The position numbers and the translations under genes were made by a program. Below are positions 1-12,142 of a stretch of DNA of 64,000 nucleotides, in pieces (position 1 is the first letter of the stretch; each line of letters opens with the position of its first letter). Source of the DNA: Selaginella moellendorffii (taxonomy: Eukaryota > Plantae > Lycopodiophyta); the NCBI RefSeq assembly GCF_000143415.4, contig NW_003314312.1, positions 67,261 through 131,260 on the forward strand. Direction: 5' to 3'. The notes beneath the pieces are model-generated. The model ran no database searches. It was not told the origin of the DNA and saw only the letters and a program-made list of their open reading frames with translations.

Positions 1-1302
1 CACAAGAAGTGTTGCTGAGGAATCTAGAGGCGCGGGAAGCTCACCAGAGAGGTGAATTGCCAACAGAAGAGAAAACAGGCTATGCGGAACGCAACGGACT
101 CATTTATTACAAGCAAACGAGGGTGTATGTTCCAGAAGGGGAACTAAGGAAGGTAGCCTTAGAAGAGTGTCATGACGGACCTCTTGCAGGACACGGCGGA
201 GTGCCCAAGATGATGGGCTTACTCAAGAGGAAGTACCATTGGCCAGATATGGCTAAGGATGTCCAAGATTATGTAAAGATATGTCCAACATGTCAACAGG
301 TCAAAGCCGTGACTAAGGCTAGTGGGGGTTTGTTGCAAAGCATCCCAATTCCAGATCGTCCGTGGAAATGTCTTACGATGGACTTCATCACGGGACTTCC
401 CCCAAGCGAGGGGTTTGATGCAATATTCGTGGTGGTGGACCAATTTTCGAAAATGGCATATTTCATACCCACCATAACGGAAGTGGATGCGGAAGGTGTG
501 GCGAAGCTGTTCTTCAAACAAGTGGTTCGAGTGCGGGGAAGGCCAGAAGAGATCATCTCAGATCGAGATAAGATCTTCACTAATAGGTTTTGGAGGACTC
601 TCTTGGAACAGTATCACACCAAGTTGAAATTCAGCACAGCTTATCACCCACAGACAAGTATGGGGTATTAAGTCAAGTTTGGTGGCACTAACACTTCTTG
701 ATAGACGGACAAACGGAAAGGGTGAATAGGCAGCTGGAGGATTATTTGCAATGCTATGTCTCGGTAGACCAGACCGATTGGGTAAGTCATTTGGGACTTG
801 CGGAAATGTGTTATAACAACTCACCACATTCGAGTATCGGGGTGAGTCCATGGGAAGTCATCAATGGGCGAGCTATTAAAGGTCCTATGGAACTCGGCGT
901 GGCCGAGTATCATGGAGAGCTACCCGTAGTGGAGGCATTCACGGCGGAAAGACTCAACATTTGGAATCTAGTGAGGGATTCCTTGGAACGGGCGCAACAA
1001 AGGCAAACCAAGTACGCGAACCAGAAGCGCCGGGATATAGAGTTCCAAGCTGGGGAGAAGGTGTGGCTTAACACCAAGAACCTCAGGCTACCAAGTGGGA
1101 TCAGCCGAAAGTTGACCCAAAGGTAAAAACACATGTATTCCTGTAAATGAATTGATCTTGAGTTCCTTAAGCAGGTTCGCGGGGCCTTACGAGATTGAGG
1201 CATGAATCGGTAAAGTGGCTTACCAACTCCGACTTCCTCAAGAGATGGGGAAGATGCACCCAGTGTTCCACGTGAACTTACTCAAGCCGTACTTTGAGGA
1301 TC
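1..1302 (+). mobile_element. Ty3/Gypsy (chromovirus-like) pol 3' end: integrase HHCC zinc finger, core domain and GPY/F region, split by two intron-like inserts (658-704, 1123-1174); one in-frame TGA at 1203-1205
   Basis: Motifs CHDGPLAGHGG...CPTCQ, PW..LTMDFITGLP, IISDRDKIF, STAYHPQT/(D/N)GQTERVN, RFAGPY, and AYQLRLP..MHPVFHV.LLKPY. The element runs off the left edge and into the N gap. Confidence 0.95.
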
Positions 1303-1898
1303 CNNNNNNNNNNNNNNNNNNNNNNNNNNNNNNNNNNNNNNNNNNNNNNNNNNNNNNNNNNNNNNNNNNNNNNNNNNNNNNNNNNNNNNNNNNNNNNNNN
1401 NNNNNNNNNNNNNNNNNNNNNNNNNNNNNNNNNNNNNNNNNNNNNNNNNNNNNNNNNNNNNNNNNNNNNNNNNNNNNNNNNNNNNNNNNNNNNNNNNNNN
1501 NNNNNNNNNNNNNNNNNNNNNNNNNNNNNNNNNNNNNNNNNNNNNNNNNNNNNNNNNNNNNNNNNNNNNNNNNNNNNNNNNNNNNNNNNNNNNNNNNNNN
1601 NNNNNNNNNNNNNNNNNNNNNNNNNNNNNNNNNNNNNNNNNNNNNNNNNNNNNNNNNNNNNNNNNNNNNNNNNNNNNNNNNNNNNNNNNNNNNNNNNNNN
1701 NNNNNNNNNNNNNNNNNNNNNNNNNNNNNNNNNNNNNNNNNNNNNNNNNNNNNNNNNNNNNNNNNNNNNNNNNNNNNNNNNNNNNNNNNNNNNNNNNNNN
1801 NNNNNNNNNNNNNNNNNNNNNNNNNNNNNNNNNNNNNNNNNNNNNNNNNNNNNNNNNNNNNNNNNNNNNNNNNNNNNNNNNNNNNNNNNNNNNNNNNN
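1303..1898. other. Assembly gap (N run)
   Basis: Run of n characters. Confidence 1.
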
Positions 1899-1902
1899 GA
1901 GT

Positions 1903-2790
1903 TGTAAGGAACCAACTCCCCGAGGTGTCGTAGGCTAAAGGATCCCCGAAAGCATGACCAAAATGATAAAGAGTTCATCGAATGGGACCGAGTCCAAGAT
2001 CGAGTCCAAGACCGACTCGGAGACCGAGTTCAAGATAGAGTCCGGAATTGAGTTCGAGGTCGACTCAGAGACCGAGTTCGAGACTGAGTTCGAGACGGAG
2101 TCCGAGATCCGAAATCGGGTCCGAGACCGAGTCCGAGGTTGAGTCCAAGGTCGGGTCCGAGATCGGGTCCGAGATCGAGTCCGAGATCGAGTCCGAGACC
2201 GAATCCGAAGTCGGATCCGAGATCAAGTCCGAGATCGAGCCAGAGACTAAGTCCAAGTACTAATACGGGTCAAGGGGTGAAAGCCCAAAGCGTGCGTCTC
2301 CCAGGGGGGGGGGCAGCAGGGGGTTCCAAAAGTATAGTAGGGATAGTGAGGTCTAGGAACCAGTTTTGAAGGAACTCTCCATACCCATACCGGGCCATTA
2401 GGCCCCGGTGTTTCGCCCTGACGTCCCGAAGCAAGTGCTGCACCCAAGGCTTGGGATTTAGAGGGTCCCATGATCAAGTCTTGTTGTACCAAGGGGTGTT
2501 AGGAACCTGGAGGCTTGGTGTGCTTTGCTGCTTGTGCCTGCGGGGAGTGTAGTTGAACCTTAAGTCCAGTTTAACCCGGGGAGGGGGATTGGGAGAGATT
2601 TGGGAATCCGTAGATGGATAGCTAACACTCCGTTGCTTGTGCAGTGAGAAGCTGAAACCAAGTAGGACCAAGTAGGAGCTAGTACAATAAGTGAGAACCT
2701 TGGCAAGGGAACTTAACACAAGCCAAGGCAGTGTTAGTCGGATAGACGAGGTAAGTTGGCAAATTGGAAAGGAAAAATTTGTGGCTTACA
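1903..2790 (+). mobile_element. LTR (~890 bp), probably the 3' LTR of the upstream Gypsy element
   Basis: Starts TGTAAG (1903) and ends CTTACA (2790), a 6-bp terminal inverted repeat. Preceded by a purine-rich remnant (GAGT) at the gap edge and followed by an abrupt switch to AT-rich DNA. Shares a GGGTGAAAGCCCAAAGCG..GTCTCCCAG...CCAAAAGTATAGTAGGG block with the solo LTR at 62111-63834. Confidence 0.8.
1985..2260 (+). repeat. Degenerate hexamer array (GAGTCC/GAGATC/GAGACC)n inside the LTR
   Basis: Directly visible; produces low-complexity ES/SP ORFs in several frames. Confidence 0.9.
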
Positions 2791-4361
2791 TTAATCAACT
2801 ACAAAATCCTAATGAACCAATTATAACTTTATATGAATTTACCAATACTCAAATCAACTTTAAAGTCATAATTTTAAACCAAAATAAAGGATTTCAAGGG
2901 TTATTATAATTTATAAAACACAATTGCAACAAAAAATATATAAACCCTTGAATTTAGACTTCTTAGGAAGTCATCTAGCCTAGTACTATTTGAATTGTCT
3001 TTCTAGTTGGCAAATTCAGACCCTTATAGTAAGCCTAATACTATTCAAATTATCTCTCATGAAAGCTAAATACTATTTAAAACGTCTTTCGCGAATGAAA
3101 ACTAAGAGCCACAAATCTCTTAGAGCTTAACCAAAAGAAACTAACTATAAGATATCAATTTTAATATGTGGTGTGATTTCTTTAAACCAATTAACAAAAA
3201 TGGATCTGAAACCTTTTTAATATTAAATATAAATTCTTTAATTTAAATTTTTTGGGGTGCACTGTTATTTATTTGCCTTTTCCTTGTATATATGAATCCC
3301 AATAAATCTTCTCTTAAGTTATTTTCTATAGTTGTTTATAATATTTCACTTTTAAATTTGCCTACTAGCCATCTTCCAAGACTATTGTTAATTTAGATGC
3401 ACAACTTCTTTTTTTTTGTCCAAAATGTCATTTTTATGAAAATAGACTCACTCTATTCATCTTCTATTTCCTTATGTCCTCTATTCAAAAGAAAAAAAAC
3501 GTTTTGAAACACCAACTTTAGTTAAATTTATTACACTCATTCTCACTTTACCATCTATGTTCAATGTCCCTTCACTTTTGTATTTGTTTAATTTCATTGT
3601 GTTGAGGTTAAATATTTCATTTGGACTTATGATGTTTGTCATTTTTCACTTCATAATTTATAGTCCATTTTCACTCTACTATTGTATCCACTTGTCAATA
3701 TTCTATAATCAAAGTTGGACTCTCATTCTTCCCCTCTACCCCTCTTTCGAAGGAAAACATATTTGAAGCATCAAGGTAAAAAAGAGGAAAAGAAAAAAAT
3801 TAAGGAAGAAATAGTGTGGAAGAAAAAAATATGGAGAGAGAAACATCAAATAAAGAATTTTTAACAATTGTCAAAGCAAAAATGAGGAAATGAAAAGAAA
3901 AAAATATATTTAAAGTTCAAATACTAAGATATTTCAGCTAGCATAACGTAAACAAGAAATTCACACTACTTAACTGCCTCAACACTTGAAATGGGAAAAT
4001 AAAAAAAAAAAAATCATACTTTGAAAGGAATAAAAATATTCTTTAGCAACAATAATAAAACAAATACTCTCAATCTATTAAGGATTGTTGAAAAAATAGC
4101 GGAGTAGTACCAATAGGATCACAACCAAAAACTCAATTTGAAAAGGATATAGTAACATAAAGGACAATATATCATTTATACCTTAAACAACACACTTATT
4201 AATCAATGATAGTATGGTATAACAAAAGAGAATGCAATGAAATTAAAATTAAAATAAATTGGATAGCTATAATCCTACATTTTGCAAAAAAACTAACACC
4301 AGGAATAAGAACAAAATCACAAAGCAAAGATAATTAAAAATAATTAGTAAAGGTCTTCTCT

Positions 4362-7313
4362 TTAAACCTCATAAACCAGATTCCCTTCCCCACTTGCAAG
4401 GCGACTCACCGCATTGACCACAATCGGGCTGCGAACAGTGTGTGTGTTGTCATACCACACATACTCACCATACACGTACTGTCTAGGCAGGAAATCATAG
4501 TTCACAACGAAGTTGAGCGTGAACGTCTTTTGCTCCCCCTTCTTGCTGAACGTCAAGCTTGTTGCATTGGCAGTAACACTGATCCCACTCGGTGGAGTTA
4601 TACCAATCCTATACGTGCTTGGCGAATCACTGACACTGGTGAGAGTTCTCGTCACTGTTGCTTCTCTTGCCAGATTGGTGACCGTCACTGAGGGGTAGTT
4701 TAAGTTGTTGCCTCGGCCTCTGATGGAAGGACATGTCTCGGGTTTCCCAGTTATAAGTTCGACCTGTTTTGCAGACAAGCCAATGTTGCACAAGAAAGAA
4801 ACGTAGTCCTGCTCCCCTGCGTCATAAACAAGCCCTGGATCTGCTGCTGCAACCGGGTTGATGTGTCCGGATCCATAGTTGAAGGGAGTAGCGATGTCAT
4901 AGTCCCCGTCCAGAATTGGCTTCCCGGTGTGGTCTTGCGTGTAAGCTGTGGTGAAGGATGGGAATTGTATGAGAAATCTTGGCAGCTTTTAAGTCATACC
5001 TGTGGTCATGATCGCAGACTTGATCGCTGCCGCACTCCAACCCGGGTACATGGATTTGAGCAGTGTGCTTAATCCGGCAACGTGAGGACTGGCGATCGAA
5101 GTTCCACTGGCGAACTTATACTTGAGAGGTGGCTTATCAGCTGCTTCTGACCATGCGGCAAGGATGTCCACACCTGGAGCTGTTACGTCTGGCTGTTTTT
5201 CCACTCGCACAAACGCCGATACAATTAGTCAGTGTGAAACATATACAAATCGCATAACACAGACCTTGAGAATGTCTGGGACTTCAGGGTTGGGACCTTT
5301 ACAAGAGAAGATTCCCATCATGGGCGATGGCTTCTGGTTAAGCACTGTTGTTGGCGTTTTAATCGTCGCAGTTGGATTCCTAAAAGAGAGAGAGACCTCG
5401 TGATCAATCAGCTATCGAGCAAAGCTCGCTTACCTGCTTGACTTGATGTAGGAAGAAATCGAATTTGCAGCTTTGTTTCCAACTTGAGTAGCAGGCATCG
5501 TGAATCTGAGTGACAGCAATCTCTCCTTGCCAACTGCGTTGTTTCCCACAATGAAGCCAATGGCACCAATAGCTTTCATTCCATCAGTGACATATTTGAT
5601 AGGATCGCTGGATGGCTCTGGAGCGCCGCAAAAGATTATCTTTCCCCGTGCTTTGGCAGGATCCAGAGCTCCAGGGGAGCAGCCGGCAGCACTAGAAAAA
5701 CATAGAAAATCCTGGTGTCAAAATAAAACAAAGAATACACACAAGCTTGCCTTGCGGGTGAAGTTGTAGGCTTCGCAGGTATGTCCCCTCCATACACCAG
5801 AGGATAGAAAGTATTGCCGAGATCGAAATTGGCGAGGCTGGATCCCTGGACATGAAAGTTAGATGGAACGAGAAAATCAGCTATGAGAGAAGAGAACTTA
5901 CCTGGTATACTGAACCATCTCCCAGGACGACGTTGCACGGGAGGCGTCGATCGGTCGTGCTCGCAGCGACGGTCATCACCCACGGCGCAGTGTTCTGGAC
6001 AACACACCCGGCGTCACCATTCATAGCAGCCGCGACCACCACGATCCCCCTCTGCGTGGCATGGAAGCCACCGATGGAGGCAACGTCAGACCAGTAGGAA
6101 CCTTTTCTGTTTCCCACCGAGAAGTTGATCACGTCCACACCATCGCCAATTGCATCGTCCCATCCCTTGAGAACATTGGCGGCCGAGCATGTTCTTTCGT
6201 CCCAGCAGATCTTGTACACGGCAATTCGAGCCTGGGGCGCGACGCCCTTTGCGATGCCTCGCGCAAGCCCTAGTTCGTTGACGCCGGCGACAGGAGCTCC
6301 TGCGGCTATGGAGGAGACGTGAGATCCATGCCCAGTTGTATCGCGAGGAGTCGGGGCGGCGATTCCAGATTTTCCGTAATAGCGCGCGCCAATCACTTTC
6401 CTGCAAGCGCCTCCATCGAGATCCAGCAATACAAGAGAAGATCGATCGAATTGATGGAACGCAAGAAGAGATCTAAATCCACGCTACCTGTTGCATTGGA
6501 AGGAGGCGCTTGAGGCACAGCTGCCTCGCCACTTCGCAGGAAGGGAAGCCGGCAGCCCGGCGTCGCTGAAGCTCGCCGACTCTGGCCAGACCCCTATAGG
6601 AGAAAGCGCGAAAGATTTAAAGCTATGAAAGATTCGAATCTGGCATATACCCGAGTCCAGTACTCCAATTATCATGTTTTCACCCTTCGTCTTCTTCCAC
6701 AGCGAGTTTGCTGCGGCGTTTCCGAATGCGTCCTCAGGCCTATGAAGTTCATTGAACGGGTTGTTTGGAGGGACATTGTGTAGTCCTCAAACACAGAAAC
6801 CACACCTGGCATCTCTGTAAAGAAAACGAATGTGTGAAATCTTGGAATTTATATAGATCTTGCGAAACAGCAGAAAAGAATGGAGATAGTGGTGGAATTT
6901 ACGTTGTAGCATAAACGCTTGGCTTGGGAGCATCTCTGCGGCAAAGCCATTGATCGCTTGGGTGTAGCTGTGGACAATAGTTTCCATGGCTGATTCCACA
7001 CTTCTGCCAGGCACAAGAATAAGAAAAGTCTGAAAAAGCAAAAAGGAACAAAAAAACATATGAATGTCATATGTTGGGCATTTGGATGAGTTGCGCCTGA
7101 TATTCACCTGTTGGACACAGATGCGAGCATTTGTGCATGGCGGCTAGACAGCAAATGGCTATGATGCTGGTCAGCAGCGCCCATGTACACAATGTACACC
7201 TTTGGAACTTCCTGATCATCAGAACATTGAGTTGCATTGCATGAAAAGAAGAGTGCCAAGAGCAAGGAGGAGATAAGGAGGCTGTAGCTACTGCATGAAT
7301 GGGATGATTCCAT
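4362..7313 (-). pseudogene. Subtilisin-like serine protease (S8, SBT family), multi-exon, with an apparent 1-nt frameshift at ~6735 (pseudogene or sequence error)
   Basis: Signal peptide, I9 prodomain (VYIVYMG, IVHSYTQAINGFAA, QTTRSMNFIG), catalytic D (GVLDSG), H (GHGSHVSS), S ([12 protein letters not shown]), PA domain and Fn3-like tail (LNYPS, VRSPI). Minus-strand ATAGGCCTGAGGACGCA is one base short of the expected IG-L-EDA frame. Confidence 0.85.
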
Positions 7314-7760
7314 TGTGCTGTGGCAATGGTGGAGGAGTTTGGAACGCAAGGTTTTATAGCATGGAAAAGAGGGTCGGACATGGTGGACCACAGTGACAAT
7401 GCCCACCTCAACTGAATTGAAATTCTGGGCTTGCACAGTTATTGTTTACGGAGAGATTTCACCAGCTAGATTTGTCTTTTTGGAAAAGGTGGTCATACGT
7501 CGTGTTCTTATTGATCTGTTTATAGCTACAGCAGAGCTGAGGACTGCCACCGAGCTTCCACGAGATGATCAAGCAGAATCTCTGGCCAGACGCCATCACT
7601 TTCTCAAATATTTTCACCTTTAACAAGAGTTTAGACACCTGCTTACGATTTGACTGGAAAGCTTGGTTTGATACTAATCTATGTAAGTGAAAAAGCTTCA
7701 ACCTTAATGGGCTGTGGCTCACCCATTAACTTGATCTAACCGTTGGCAGCCGTCGGATTG

Positions 7761-7870
7761 AGTCAGGTTCTCTAGGAGAACATGGCTAATAACTGCCAGG
7801 TTCTTTAGAACCCAATTGCCAGCTGCCAGGTTCTAGAGAACCAAGCTACCAACTGTCAATTCTGGAAAAC
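7761..7870. repeat. ~30-bp degenerate tandem repeat (3-4 units), each with a GTTCT..AGAAC-like palindrome
   Basis: aactgccaggttctttagaacccaattgcc / agctgccaggttctagagaaccaagctacc / aactgtcaattctggaaaac. Confidence 0.65.
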
Positions 7871-8327
7871 TCTCATCCTCAAATAACATTCTTCCACGTG
7901 TCCATTAATGGTTTTGCCACAGCCCGTTAAGGTTGTTCCTAGGCACAAGCTCGCTCATTCTCTCCAAAATGCGCTCACCGGGCTAACACCCGACTCGCCC
8001 GTTCTGGGCGGGAACGTGCTCGCCCTACCCGGGAACTGCCTCATACGCACTTGTTTAATGCAAATTCGTGCCATATAGTAAGTGCTGTGTAATATAAGAT
8101 TTTTGGCAGATGCAAAACCATTGCGCTCCTCGGCTCGCTCCCACTGCCGCACTTGGCGTATTCGCGATCGGGAGCAAGGAGCTGTGTGATATTATCGTGG
8201 AATCGAAGCCTTGTCTTGCTCGATCTTGTCAGGCGTGGTCGATGTCTTTACGACCTTTCAAGTGAGAAGTGATATAGTCTTCATTATCATCAAGTTTTCT
8301 TAAAGCCAAGATCATGATAGAGATTTT

Positions 8328-9756
8328 TTAGATAGTTTGTACGCTGCTAGAACACAAACCGGATGCCTTCGTAGCAATAGCTTCTATAGCAGTGCGCTCC
8401 AGCGTCTCTAAATCCCGAGGATGGGCCAAACACTTGACCAGAGCCGGATGAACTACGTGAGCTTCTCTCGGTACCGGGGGCTTGAACTTCTGGAGCTTCC
8501 CATACTCTTGGATCAAGTGAAGCATATAGCCATATACTTGATCCAGATTGAGAGCTTCCACTAGAAACCTCTGTCCCCGAGTAGCGATTGCCTGTGCCTC
8601 TCCAGGATGCGACTCCCCCCACTGCCTCGCGTTGGAGATCGATTGACAGAGGTTCCCTTCCCGACTTATAGGAACGTAGTGAACTCCAGCTTTCAGATCC
8701 CGAGTGAAGAACTCGTAGTAGTCCGAATCGATTGCTAGAACAGTGGAGCCACAGCCCATGATGTACTTGTAGCTCGCAGACCACGCGTACCCTTCGGCAT
8801 AGAGTTTGTATCTGGAGTGGCAATGGCTTTCCAGCTTCCAGTTTTGCAAGTCGCTTTGATCTCGCCAGTTCTGTCCATGGACGAGCAGCGTCTTATCACC
8901 AGTGCTGTTGCAAGCTATGAGTCTCTGCCGGATTTGCGAAGTTCTCGGATCTCCCCTCCACTGCACACTGGAGTCTCGATCTTTCCATTCCGCTTGCCGC
9001 GTGATTCTCTTGAGTTGGCTCCTCCAAGGCAGGATCTTGTTCTCCGGCCTGCAAGGTCAAAAGCGTTAGCAGTGTTTCAAGCTTAGATCGTCAAGCTTAC
9101 CATCCCCAAAACGACCAGTCTGGAAATGGGATATCGAAGTGGTTCTTCGTGCTGCAGTAGCCAAACAAAGGTGGCGGAGCTTCATCGAAGGCAGACTTGG
9201 TGATCTGAGGCCGGTCTTGGCAATTGAAGAAGATATCCACGTCTGGAATCTGGCCGGGAAATCTCTGTAGCAGCTGCATGATCCCCACGATCGTAAACAT
9301 CATCCTCGTCTGGAAGCACCTGTAGTAAAGCTCTACGTACAATCGCCCATCCCGGACGATCGCCCTGAAAGCCGAGTGCTTCCGTGCAGTCTCCAAGTCA
9401 TGCTCTTGGATCCCTTTCTCTTTCCACGGTGCGAGATCCTCGAAAACCCTGCTGTAGTAAGCAGGACACCTCTTGGACTGCAGAGGGAGCGATGAATTCC
9501 CGGCTTGGAAGGGAATTGGATCGATTATCAGATTGTTCTCGAGTCGCTGGCACCTGCTCAAGGTCGGGAGTCTGCCCAGCCTGTGGAAAAAGCCGGGATC
9601 CTTGCACCTTTGCCATGGAGGAGGGTGAAGATTGTCACCCGTGAAGCTCTTCACTTGGAACCCGTTGTATATCGAGAGGATGATCAAGCCGGGCACCAAC
9701 CATATCAACCGTGTTATCAATCTCTTGCGCTCTCGAAGAAAACGCTTTAGTCCCAT
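8328..9756 (-). CDS. Glycosyltransferase family 90 / CAP10-domain protein (two exons, intron ~9050-9100)
   Basis: N-terminal transmembrane segment; CP.YY..VFEDL.PW, FQTRMMFTIVGIMQLL.RFPGQIPDVDIFFNC.D.P, DIPFPDWSFWGW, YKLYAEGYAWSASYKYI. Confidence 0.9.
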
Positions 9757-9863
9757 ATCTGGAAGAGAAACAATTTTTAACCGAAAGGATCGAGCCTAAT
9801 CGGGACATTCACCTTTTGTTCTCCCTTACTTTTGCCTTTATTTTTGGAAGAATTTCACCCGGT

Positions 9864-12142
9864 TTAGCTGCTTGTAGCTACGTAGCCGCGGCTTTTCTCT
9901 TCAAAGATCTCACGAGTGACGACAGCTCCAGCTTCTCTTTTCTCTCCCGAGGTTTTGGCTCGTCTCCAGGAGCCTGTCCTTGGAATCGCTTTTGCTGCAT
10001 CTCGGCAATAGCGCGAAGCTTTGTGGCAGACCTGTTGGAACGAGGAAACATTAGCACAAAGAAAGAGAAAACAAGCGCACTTGCCTCTTGAACTGAGGAT
10101 CTGTAGGATCGATGGCAAAGTGGTGCGAGTTGAATAGTGCTGAAAACCTGGGATCGTTGAAGTCTGTCTTGGCTAGCAGCTCTTCATTCTTTGCATCCGA
10201 TTCCTTGGCTTTGGCTTTGGACCTCTTCTTCCCTTTCTTTAGATTGTAGCCTTTCACGCCACCTTTCCCACCGTTTTCGTCCAGAAGCAGAAGTTCTAGC
10301 TCTGCCTTGCGCCGTTCGTCCTCCTTCTTTTTCAGCTCCCTTTCTTCTCTATTTTTCTTCCTTTCGTCTTTGTCCACTTTCCTCGGTACTATTTTCTCGT
10401 CCTCGGATTCGGAGGCATCATCAGCCTCGCGCTCTGGATCCGATTCGAAAAATGGATCATTAAATCCATCTTCATCAGCAGCAATCGCGGTTTTCTCCTC
10501 TGTTTCGTCGTGTTTCTCTTTCTTCTTCCTGTCCACCCCTTTCTCCTTTTTCCTTCTCAGTTGTGCCTCCCAGACGGTCTCTTCCTTCTCGTCTCTGTTC
10601 TTCTTGTTGCGTTCAAGGTACTTCTTGTTCAGTTCCTCAAGGCCACTTGGGAAAGTTATTTCCATGTCCACGTCCTTTTTTTTCTTGGAATCCGGTGCCT
10701 CATCTGGGTTATCGAGAAGCAAAGATCTGAACTTTTCCCTTCTACTCTCGTCGTCTTCGTCTTCATCTTCAGAAGCTAGATAGGCCTTGAAATCCATCTC
10801 TTTGAGCTGCAGGAACCAACTCTTGTTAAATCGAAATGCTTGGTACAATTAGACAAACCTCATCGGGATCAAATTTCTTTCGCAAGCTTTTTGCGCGGAC
10901 CGGTTCATCATCGTCCCAGGTGAGCTTTACGTTGCTTAGCTGCAGAGCTGCCGTTTGGAAATCTGGAGCTTCGTACCCTTCTTCAATCTGGCACAGAAGA
11001 CGTCACAATGTTTTTGTAAGAAAACAATACTATGGTACCTGAGACGCAACATCTCGTGGTTCAACTGTGAACTCCCTGTCATCCGGAACGAACTGCAAAT
11101 CCAGAATATTTGATGTTCGCTCAAACTCGATCCCGTCACAAGCGGTGTACAAAGCTGATGCCGTGCTAACAGAGTCGCAAGTCACCACCGCGAAGTAATA
11201 TCTGCATCCACACCAACCAATCAGCCAACCGACAAAGAAAAAAAAATTCGCAAACCTGAGCTTTGATTTCTCGTATGCTCTCAGCTTCTCCATGTCGAGC
11301 TCATCTTCCTGGTCGTCATCCTGTTTTGAGTTGAAAAGTGCTGGACCATGAACCTCCTCCTTTTTCATTTGCTCCAGACCAAACTGAGATGGATAGACAG
11401 CAACCGACGCTATACTACCACCTTTTGGAAGGAAGGAATTGAATACCATCAACAAATCTAAAGCCTGTACAAGAACAACACAATCAGGGAGTGAGATTCA
11501 AAGAAAAGATATACCTTGATACAGCTCCAGTCCATGTTTACCACTGCCAATCTTCTCGTCTCTTTGTCAGTAGTGGCAACTTTCTCCTCCTTGAATGGAA
11601 AAGGAAAGAAGTAAAACGAAGTAATCAACACGAATGCTCAGTAGTAGGATGATCGAACATACCTCTTCTTCTTCCTCTTCTTCTTCTCCAGAATCATCAG
11701 CATCCGAGCTCGATGATTCCGACGACGATGACTCGCTAGCTCCATCATCATCAGAATCGGATGCTTCCTTCAAGGCTGCATTCTTCTCAACTCCTCCATC
11801 TTCTTCCACATCGACGCTTCCCTCTTTATCCTTGAGACCCTCCTCGGGAGCCGGCGTAGCAGCAGCAGCATCGTCGATTCTATAATATCGCTCAAGCGTG
11901 TGCTTCTTCTTCTCCTTCTTTTTCACAGGCCTACCTCGCTTGTCTAGGCTGAAAGGATCGACAAATGCCTTGTCCGTGAACATCCGCTGGAAGCGAGGAT
12001 CCAGCGGCAGCCGGAGTCGCGATTTCGGCAGCTTCTGGAAGCGCGGATCCGAATGCAAGCCTGCGAATCGAGGATCATCGATGACCGGCGCCTCATCCTT
12101 GCGCCTCCGCTTGGCATCGCCCCCGCGATCCTTGCTCTTCAT
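9864..12142 (-). CDS. ESF1: Pre-rRNA processing protein ESF1 (multi-exon, NUC153 domain)
   Basis: DPRF.GLHSDPRF, RRLAVVNMDW, SVAVYPSQFG, RYYFAVVTCDS, DGIEFERTSNILDLQFVPD, VKLTWDDDEP; NUC153 motif DPRFSALFNSHHFAIDPTDPQFKR. Confidence 0.93.

Noticed and set aside
1215-1978. Long ORFs of X residues
   Set aside because: Artefacts of translating the N gap.
1954-2369. ES/SP-rich ORFs, and a possible CRISPR-like array
   Set aside because: Stop-free frames from a hexamer repeat inside an LTR; there are no unique spacers and the context is eukaryotic.
2791-4350. AT-rich tract, possibly a decayed TE
   Set aside because: No recognisable protein motif or termini; left unannotated.
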